From: a virus
DNA length: 64,000 nt
Virus record (IMG/VR): IMGVR_UViG_3300025728_000001
Span: 21,817-85,816 of that record
Strand: one strand, 5' to 3'
In this document: piece by piece, positions 58,401 to 64,000 of the stretch
Layout of the letters: each line of letters starts with the position of its first letter
Position numbering within the stretch: the stretch's first letter is position 1
Program-made: the position numbers and the translations under genes
Notes under the pieces: generated by a model
What the model saw: only the letters and a program-made list of their open reading frames with translations
Databases searched by the model: none
Told to the model about the DNA's origin: nothing

Positions 58401-59359
58401 TGCTGTCGAAGCTGGCAGACGGCGACCTCAATAGCGCGGCCAACCGTGACTTTGTGGCGGCCTTCCTGCAATCGCTGGGCGATGCCGAGGCGGCGCAGTA
58501 CCTGACCAGCGACGGTAAACCAACGTCGAGCCTGATCAGTCGCCTACAGGCCGCGCTGTTTGCTGGTGCCTACTCAGACGATCGGTTGCTGGAAATGACC
58601 GCGGACCAGGCCAAGCCTGAGATTGCCAACATCGTTTCGGCCTTGAACAGCGCAGCGCCTGACTTCATGCGGGCCAAGGAACAGGACCGGATCGGCGCCG
58701 AGAAAGCGGGCGAGCAGGTCACCGACTCCCTGGAGCTGTCGCTTAACCAGGAGGCGGTCAACGCCATCATTGGCGCTACCAACGTGCTGCGCCAAGCCAA
58801 AGAGGCCGGCATGGGCCTGGACGAGTTCCTACGCCAGGGCGACATGTTTGGCGGCACGGATCCGGCTGTAGCAGCCATGGCCGTGTTTATCAGTGCCAAC
58901 AACCGCAGCGCCAAACGCATGAGCACCGCCTTCAAGGCCATGGCGCAGTTCGTTGAGAGCGAGAACGTGCGCAAGCAGACCGCGAGCCTGTTTGGTGATG
59001 AGCCTGTCAGCTTTACCGATATCGTCGGCGCGGCTAACCGCAAGCTGGAACAGGAATATGGCGAGGGGCTGTTTGCCATCGACCAGACCGACATGTTCAG
59101 CCCGGCGCCGCCAGCCGCTCCACCGGCGCCGGTTATCGAGCCAGAAGAGCCGAACGAGGATGACGCCTTGCAGAAGGCCAAGACCTATCTGGACGACATC
59201 ATTGGCGGCACCACCGACCTGGGCAGCCCTGGCGACGTGCTCAAAGAGCTTGAGAGCATTTACGCGGCCTATGGCGAGGACAAGCTGAGCGAGCTGTTCA
59301 TTGATGCCTCTAACGCCTTCCGGGACTACGCGTTGAAGGCTACCGCCGGCGCGTTCTAA
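55433..59359 (+). CDS. Large polyvalent protein: InPase-like + DarA_N-like + DdrB-like ParB domains
   Basis: AGNYAKG...HYGYVNGTKGADGDAVDVF...FDEHK; DGQSVSVFFHNPD...SWKW; QPRDR...GAPIV...ESGNGR. Confidence 0.8.
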   Translation: MTDVFSNLQSAAHAGAFGMGSHAQPTPAQIKAGNYAKGSFRLHGLRITIETPMFQSRRGKEDGKPWSITCMAHYGYVNGTKGADGDAVDVFVGPVPESLRVYVVNQNAKDGSFDEHKVLLGFIDQDQACTAYMNSYEKGWTGLGSVAACTIKQFKYWLKHGDLSQPLSPDLPNIPQDEALSMTDVFARWGADNLPVGQTVGALLYELRRSDPDGLMFDSATMADITESLADDGTMLDAMVIEYKQFERKAGQLLKVMQNVGGEVKADAVEVSKPFKSKGTTQVAMLFTMSDGQSVSVFFHNPDSTPNKLTPADELISWKWVQNKRDITAVVAPESGQDLNPRIVCRRIMALIQKNSAKFIKANEGKTARTAALDELKASVESKTGELAALDTQISELQAQLAEKKAAPVVPVAPVVEPVAVEPVAVLASTQWPADAKAMATALKRLATDSPTPIRIIRATKGERQSVQVITERGEFATFTTIVALKTPEGAASFWYVSATDSDKPSAPLDRQERDYFAALVKATNELPRAVVAEPALAPVVEPEPVSTDPVVPVSTASVILEDYADVAALGEAVVLSTGSENVYLVKDGVQYMTKLLNTDVYEPKVGEVVDLSGVVDPFAVSDVDESSAILQGPAGPVTVAKTKYVETGEWGVSWASTHLATAASKAEGVAIAERVIASGADNIDGMRAAVAVTTPEPVAEPESDPYEEINTALTAVGFTRVQQNDWASPAYPLENGGTKGFNVRAGGEPVSMRLSFRVTFPGITGGGQEVGTYQDIPSLMAALAAEQAKVAPAPVAEPDETEDTGVIEAEGRDNTVKTAKGTKVVTGFKVIEAKNLIISHETDGTINPDYPAEIQPRDRARATSQAWVQKTARNLDPDSLGRTQRADSGAPIVGTDRVVESGNGRAMAVREAYRIGQADEYREWLLENAEYFGVDPAKIQRMKAPVLVRVRKTEVNRVEFAVESNQDDKLAMTATEKARSDAKRLDTAMLSKLADGDLNSAANRDFVAAFLQSLGDAEAAQYLTSDGKPTSSLISRLQAALFAGAYSDDRLLEMTADQAKPEIANIVSALNSAAPDFMRAKEQDRIGAEKAGEQVTDSLELSLNQEAVNAIIGATNVLRQAKEAGMGLDEFLRQGDMFGGTDPAVAAMAVFISANNRSAKRMSTAFKAMAQFVESENVRKQTASLFGDEPVSFTDIVGAANRKLEQEYGEGLFAIDQTDMFSPAPPAAPPAPVIEPEEPNEDDALQKAKTYLDDIIGGTTDLGSPGDVLKELESIYAAYGEDKLSELFIDASNAFRDYALKATAGAF

Positions 59360-59379
59360 CCCTTCACCCACTGACCAAG

Positions 59380-59403
59380 AAGCCCGCCGAGTGCGGGCTT
59401 TTT
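59380..59403 (+). terminator. Rho-independent terminator
   Basis: AAGCCCGC-CGAGT-GCGGGCTTTTT. Confidence 0.75.
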
Positions 59404-59497
59404 GCTGGCCGAAAAGGTGCAAAGTCCGGCCTGGATGCGGAATAAAACGCCACGACACTGGGGGCCAGAACAAAAAAATCGCCAGTGGAGCTCTGCA

Positions 59498-60358
59498 ATG
59501 GAATCGTTCGTTACCCGCACCCTGACCATTAACGGTCAAACCATCCGCACCGCAGTACGCGCCGGAAAGCCGCACTTAACGCCGCTGCTGGTCTGTAACG
59601 GTATCGGCGCCAGCCTGGAGCTGGTATTGCCGTTCGCGAAGGCGCTGGACCCCGATCAGGGCGTCATAGCCTTCGACGTGCCGGGCGTGGGCGGATCCTC
59701 GACGCCGTGGCTGCCCTACAGCTTTAGCAGCCTGGCCAAGCTGGTGACCCGGATGCTCGACTATCTTGACGTCGGCCAGGTGAACGTCATCGGCTTGAGC
59801 TGGGGCGGGTTTCTCGCGCAGACCTTCGCCCACGAATACCCTGGCCGCTGCAAGAAACTCATCCTTGCCGCCACCTCGGCCGGCCTGGTTAGCGTTATGC
59901 CGTCCCTGAAAGTCCTATCGCTCATGGCGAGCCCGCGGCGCTACACCGACCCTACCCATGGGGCGAGGATCGCGCCGGATATCTATGGGGGCGAGTTCCG
60001 CCGCAACCCTGAGCTGGCGGCTGCGCATGCCGAGAAAATGCAGTCGACGGGCGGCCTGGGCTATTACTACCAAATGGCTGCCGTCTATTTGTGGACGTCG
60101 ATCCACTGGCTGTACACGCTCAAGCAGCCGACCCTGGTACTGGCCGGCTCAGACGATCCGATCATTCCCCTGGTCAATATGCAGACGCTGGCCAACCTCA
60201 TCCCCAATGCGCGGCTACACGTCGTCAACGATGGTCATCTGTTCTTGCTGACCCAGCGCGAAACCCTGGCGCCACTGATCATGTCGTTTCTGTCTGAGGC
60301 CACACAGGAACAGTCGTGTGTGGGCGCTGCTGAGCCCGCCGGCCTTTGCGCTCTGTAG
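59498..60358 (+). CDS. phaZ: Intracellular poly(3-hydroxyalkanoate) depolymerase
   Basis: PLL..NGIGASLEL, AFDVPGVGGS, GLSWGG lipase box, DDPIIP, DGHLFL; closely resembles Pseudomonas PhaZ. Confidence 0.92.
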   Translation: MESFVTRTLTINGQTIRTAVRAGKPHLTPLLVCNGIGASLELVLPFAKALDPDQGVIAFDVPGVGGSSTPWLPYSFSSLAKLVTRMLDYLDVGQVNVIGLSWGGFLAQTFAHEYPGRCKKLILAATSAGLVSVMPSLKVLSLMASPRRYTDPTHGARIAPDIYGGEFRRNPELAAAHAEKMQSTGGLGYYYQMAAVYLWTSIHWLYTLKQPTLVLAGSDDPIIPLVNMQTLANLIPNARLHVVNDGHLFLLTQRETLAPLIMSFLSEATQEQSCVGAAEPAGLCAL

Positions 60359-60373
60359 CCAACCTGGCGTCAC

Positions 60374-60538
60374 AAGCCCGCCGCTTGCGGGCTTTTTTGT
60401 GGGTATATCTAACGCATTAGCGTTTTAACATTTATGAGTTAAAGCGTTAAAGAGTTGTTGACCAGTAGGCACGACGTGCCTATTATCGCTCCAAGCCGAA
60501 CGAAGCGGCGCCTAACAGCAACGGAGCACGAAGCCATG
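60374..60538 (+). promoter_or_regulatory. Terminator + sigma70 promoter cassette, copy 1
   Basis: TTGACC(60458)-17bp-TATTAT(60481); palindrome TAGGCACGACGTGCCTA. Confidence 0.8.
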
Positions 60539-61429
60539 ACTAAGACCGCCGACCACTACCGCCAGCAAGCCGTTGAGCTGTTTGAAGCGGGCTTCACTTC
60601 CAAGGCGGGCCAAAAGCGCGCCCTTGATGTCTTGAATCGTGCTCACGAAATCCTGACTCGCTCGATTCAAGCGTTCTTCCTGGCCAAGCCTCACGCCGAG
60701 CGCACTGAGGCTGAATCAGCGGTTTACTGGGGCATGGCAGACTTGCACAACTGGAAGGCCAAGCACACCGCCGACACGCTGGCCGTGTACCCGCAAGCCG
60801 CCAGCATCTGCGCAGAAATCGAAGCGCTTGTAGAACTGCGCGCTGCAATCAAGGGTGCTGAAATCGTCAAGGTCCAGCGCGGCGAGTGTGGCGAGCTGGA
60901 TCTGGCCATTATCGCTCTGGCACCGGCTCCTATCACTGGTGCCGCAATCGCCAAAATTTCCGCCTCTCTGAAAACCATCTTCGCCCCAATGGACGCCAAG
61001 GTGCTGGAGGCCGCTAAGGAATGGGCTGTAGGTCGCGTTGCTGCCCTGAAAGAGTTCAAGGCCTCTGACGAGTACGCCGCGATCCGTCGTGACGCTTCCA
61101 AGCTGTACGAACGCCTGCACGCAATCGCCGGCGGTAAGACCTGGTACGCCGTATTCAACGGCACCGGTTCGGTTTACGTCTCGGAGTTCATGACAAAGAA
61201 CTGCGCAGCTACCGCCTACAAACGTAACGCCAGCATCACCACCAAGCTGGTCAAGGCGGGCGTGGCCGAAGTGGTAAGCGAGGAATACACCTACACCAAC
61301 GACGGCTTTAACGGGGTGTTCATCGTCAACACTAACGCCGGCTCCAAGCGCGTATCCATCGATACCATTTATGCCGGCGGCTACAACATTCAGTGCCTGC
61401 ACCTGCGCGTGCTGGTGAAGGTCAAGTAA
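60536..61429 (+). CDS. Early hypothetical protein
   Basis: GGAG RBS after a strong promoter; C-terminal AGGYNIQCLH. Confidence 0.65.
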   Translation: MTKTADHYRQQAVELFEAGFTSKAGQKRALDVLNRAHEILTRSIQAFFLAKPHAERTEAESAVYWGMADLHNWKAKHTADTLAVYPQAASICAEIEALVELRAAIKGAEIVKVQRGECGELDLAIIALAPAPITGAAIAKISASLKTIFAPMDAKVLEAAKEWAVGRVAALKEFKASDEYAAIRRDASKLYERLHAIAGGKTWYAVFNGTGSVYVSEFMTKNCAATAYKRNASITTKLVKAGVAEVVSEEYTYTNDGFNGVFIVNTNAGSKRVSIDTIYAGGYNIQCLHLRVLVKVK

Positions 61430-61479
61430 GGCCTGAGCACCCCGCCCGGAGCAATCCGGGCTCTACCTGGAGAAAGAGC

Positions 61480-61665
61480 ATGACCCGGACCCAATCAATC
61501 CAACAAGTCGACGCCCGCGCACTTGAAATCATCCGTCAGGAGCAAGCAGGCGATATCGACCATCAGGATATTCGCAACTGGCTGAAAAACTCTGCGGACC
61601 ACCTTGAGCTGGCTGCCCTGCACGTTGCAGCTCACGCGCTTGGCGTCACGGAGACAAGTCACTGA
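61480..61665 (+). CDS. Small hypothetical protein
   Basis: GGAG RBS. Confidence 0.5.
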   Translation: MTRTQSIQQVDARALEIIRQEQAGDIDHQDIRNWLKNSADHLELAALHVAAHALGVTETSH

Positions 61666-61752
61666 TAGGCCATTTCCGTCCATCGCCCCTTAGTTGGGGC
61701 TTTGCCAGTACCGCCAGAACGATCTGGCTCAACCCAGGCAAGAGGTTTCACC

Positions 61753-61908
61753 ATGAAATTCACAGCAAGCGAGCCAGCAGCGTCCGGCATGTTCCCGGTA
61801 GTCAGCGAGTGCGGGCATGACATGGGTTCGTTCAAGACCCAGGGCGAGGCGCAGAAGAAGGCCGCCGACCTGAATGCCGAATACGAGCGGATGAGCGAAG
61901 CGCTCTAG
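61753..61908 (+). CDS. Small hypothetical protein
   Basis: GAGG RBS; FKTQGEAQKKAADLN. Confidence 0.5.
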   Translation: MKFTASEPAASGMFPVVSECGHDMGSFKTQGEAQKKAADLNAEYERMSEAL

Positions 61909-61978
61909 ATTCGCCGTGTGATCAACGCCAAGCCCGCTCATGCGGGCTTTGTCAGTACAACCCGCCAGAGATAAGGCC

Positions 61979-62200
61979 ATGTCGTTCATCACGTCCGCTG
62001 TACTTGTTGCATCGATCTGCATGCCTGGTAAGGCCTGCATCGTTAAGGAGGTCGCCCGCTTCACCAATGGCGACACCGGGAAACAGTTCTGTATCGCTAC
62101 GGCGGGTTCCGTTAACAGCGTGGGGGATGAGGTAGGCGAAAGCCTTTACTACTGCGTCGACCCGAACACAGGGCAAAGGCTCTTCGCCTCGCTCAAGTGA
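61979..62200 (+). CDS. Small Cys-containing hypothetical protein
   Basis: TAAGG RBS. Confidence 0.5.
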   Translation: MSFITSAVLVASICMPGKACIVKEVARFTNGDTGKQFCIATAGSVNSVGDEVGESLYYCVDPNTGQRLFASLK

Positions 62201-62204
62201 CCTG

Positions 62205-62369
62205 AGCCCCTTCGCTGGGGCTTTTTTGTGGGCGTCTACTCAGCGCTGTAGCGTCTTAACTTTTTTACGTTAAAGCGTTAAAGAGTTATTGACCGATAGG
62301 CACGACATGCCTATTATCCTCCCAAGCCGAACGACACGGCGCCCCACAGCAGCGGAGCAAGACGACATG
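62205..62369 (+). promoter_or_regulatory. Terminator + sigma70 promoter cassette, copy 2
   Basis: TTGACC(62289)-17bp-TATTAT(62312); TAGGCACGACATGCCTA. Confidence 0.8.
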
Positions 62370-62777
62370 AACGCAAACATCGGAAAACTCAATAGCGGCA
62401 AGTGCTACGTCTACCTGAACGGCTACCGCGCTGAGCCGTTTTGGGGCACCGAAGCCGAATGCGAGTCGGCCATCGTTGCGCAAGGTGTTGCCGAGCCAAT
62501 CCCGGTGTTTGTCGACGGCGTGGATATGACCACCAGCACGACGGGCGTTGCAGCCCAGGCAGTGGCCGCCGAACCGATCAAGAAGGCCCGGCGCGCAACA
62601 CGCGAGTACGTCATGACCTTCAAGGCGGCGGACGGCTCCGAGGACGACACTAGCGGGCATGTGGAGAATGTTTTCGCAAAAGACCGTAACGAGGCGATGC
62701 GCAAAGGCCGCGACATCGTGCGGGAGAACTCAGGCCCATACGGCCCAAAGATTCGCGTCAGCGCCCGACTGGCCTAG
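62367..62777 (+). CDS. Early hypothetical protein
   Basis: GGAG RBS after promoter copy 2. Confidence 0.6.
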   Translation: MNANIGKLNSGKCYVYLNGYRAEPFWGTEAECESAIVAQGVAEPIPVFVDGVDMTTSTTGVAAQAVAAEPIKKARRATREYVMTFKAADGSEDDTSGHVENVFAKDRNEAMRKGRDIVRENSGPYGPKIRVSARLA

Positions 62778-62843
62778 CCGGCCCGCCAACCTCAAGCCCC
62801 TTCATTGGGGCATTGCCAGTACTACCTGACGGAGAATGAGCAG

Positions 62844-63110
62844 ATGACCACCAAAATCGAAACCCTCAAAGAAGAAATCAAAGGCTGGTTGAGCAATGCC
62901 GATGACGTAACTATCGCGGTTCACAACCGTGAAGCTTTCGCCAAGAACGCTGTTAAATCGATTGGCGAAGCGGTGAATGAATTCCTCGTCAATGATGCTG
63001 CTTACAGCACGCTGGCCATGTACCAGACTGATTTCATTCGCGAAATAGCCTTGAGCAAGGGCGCTGACGATGCCCGCATTATTTTGCTTTGGAAGGCATG
63101 CAAGCTCTAA
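62844..63110 (+). CDS. Hypothetical protein
   Basis: GGAG RBS. Confidence 0.55.
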   Translation: MTTKIETLKEEIKGWLSNADDVTIAVHNREAFAKNAVKSIGEAVNEFLVNDAAYSTLAMYQTDFIREIALSKGADDARIILLWKACKL

Positions 63111-63176
63111 GACAACCCGCCCGTTGCGCGCCCCTTAATTGGGGCTTCGTCAGTACCAACATAAGGAGATTCACCC

Positions 63177-63437
63177 ATGCCGCCACGTAAGCAGATGTCA
63201 TTGAAGCAAATGGAAGTCCAGGCCAAGGCCTTGTGCTTCGACTGGAACGAAAAGCACCCGAGCGGAACCATGGTCAGCTATGAGTCTGTGTTGGGTAGTG
63301 GCGAAACCCATCGCTGCCGAACCAATGGCAAGGCGTTTGTATCGAGCTGCGAAGCCGTGATTTTCATCGAGCGCGTATCGGGCTACGTCTCCCTGGAGCA
63401 CTGCACCGCCGTTGCGGATGAGGCCGTAGGCGCATAA
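63177..63437 (+). CDS. Hypothetical protein
   Basis: TAAGGAG RBS; WNEKHPSGT. Confidence 0.6.
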   Translation: MPPRKQMSLKQMEVQAKALCFDWNEKHPSGTMVSYESVLGSGETHRCRTNGKAFVSSCEAVIFIERVSGYVSLEHCTAVADEAVGA

Positions 63438-63502
63438 CCGCCGGCGGAAGGAACAACCCCCTTGATTGGGGGTTTTCTGGTATCCACAAAGGGAAGTCCG
63501 AA

Positions 63503-63766
63503 ATGACCACAAACAGTGAGGCGTATTTTGCCCGGAAGCTCTTGGCCACTTTAAAAGAGCACCACCCTGCGTTTGCTGTAGAAACCGTGAAGGGAAGCCG
63601 GATCGGTGCTGGGTCGCAGCGTGTGATTCACATCAAACACAGCGGCGGGAAATTTGCGCAGTTCCCATTCCCCATGAAAGGTTTGCACTCCGGCGCCGTA
63701 AGCGATGCTCTGTACATGTCGGCGTGCAGCATGTTGCAACTTACGCCCGCCCCCGAAGCAATGTAG
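63503..63766 (+). CDS. Hypothetical protein
   Basis: Purine-rich RBS. Confidence 0.55.
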   Translation: MTTNSEAYFARKLLATLKEHHPAFAVETVKGSRIGAGSQRVIHIKHSGGKFAQFPFPMKGLHSGAVSDALYMSACSMLQLTPAPEAM

Positions 63767-63776
63767 GAAATGTCCA

Positions 63777-64000
63777 ATGAGTTCTAAACCTCGAAAGGGC
63801 GCCAAGCCTGACGCAACCCTGCATAACCCTGACGCGGCGTACATGCGCAGCCTGGTAGAGGCGTCCGGCATGACTCAGGTGCAGGCCGCCGAGGCTATCG
63901 GTATCAGTGAGCGCGCCATGCGCAACTACCTGAGCAAGACCGCGGGGAAGTACATCGCTCCCCCCTACCCGGTCCAGTACGCGCTTGAGCAGTTGGCCGC
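63777..64000 (+). CDS. XRE HTH protein (runs off the window end)
   Basis: HNPDAAYMRSLVEASGMTQVQAAEAIGISERAMRNYL...PYPVQYALE. Confidence 0.75.
   Translation, partial: MSSKPRKGAKPDATLHNPDAAYMRSLVEASGMTQVQAAEAIGISERAMRNYLSKTAGKYIAPPYPVQYALEQLA

Overview
This is a 64 kb segment of a GC-rich (roughly 60%) P1-like phage-plasmid (temperate myovirus). The host is most likely Pseudomonas, judged from the Pseudomonas-type PhaZ, YejK and tail-collar genes. Layout: (1) 0.2-22 kb is a dense + strand accessory/replication region with an HTH replication initiator, Ref nuclease, dUTPase, ASCH, NinI-like phosphatase, HNH, NinX/DUF2591 paralogs and many hypotheticals. (2) 22-30 kb holds an XRE regulator, a ~540 nt highly base-paired non-coding region, TerS, a catalytically dead TerL-ATPase paralog and the true TerL with an intein in its Walker A motif. 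(3) 34-50 kb is a P1-syntenic virion module: portal, prohead protease, tape measure with a GH19 domain, baseplate, tail fibre and spike. (4) 50-59 kb has a RepL-family initiator with palindromic iterons, ParA plus a small partner, and DarA/Hdf-like and DarA-DdrB-like anti-restriction cargo. (5) 59.5 kb encodes a PHA depolymerase. (6) 60-64 kb is an early region with duplicated strong sigma70 promoters and repeat-delimited small genes. Main findings: the candidate large ornate ncRNA with two pseudoknots; the dead terminase paralog (possible decoy); and a GCAAA-N30-(-10) putative late-promoter motif that also precedes phaZ. Other dispersed motif families are an 18-bp box, octamer arrays, CGCCAGAGA leaders, hairpin-CAGTAC spacers and MLDS-like protease sites. 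All family assignments are by eye from motifs and synteny; no searches were run.
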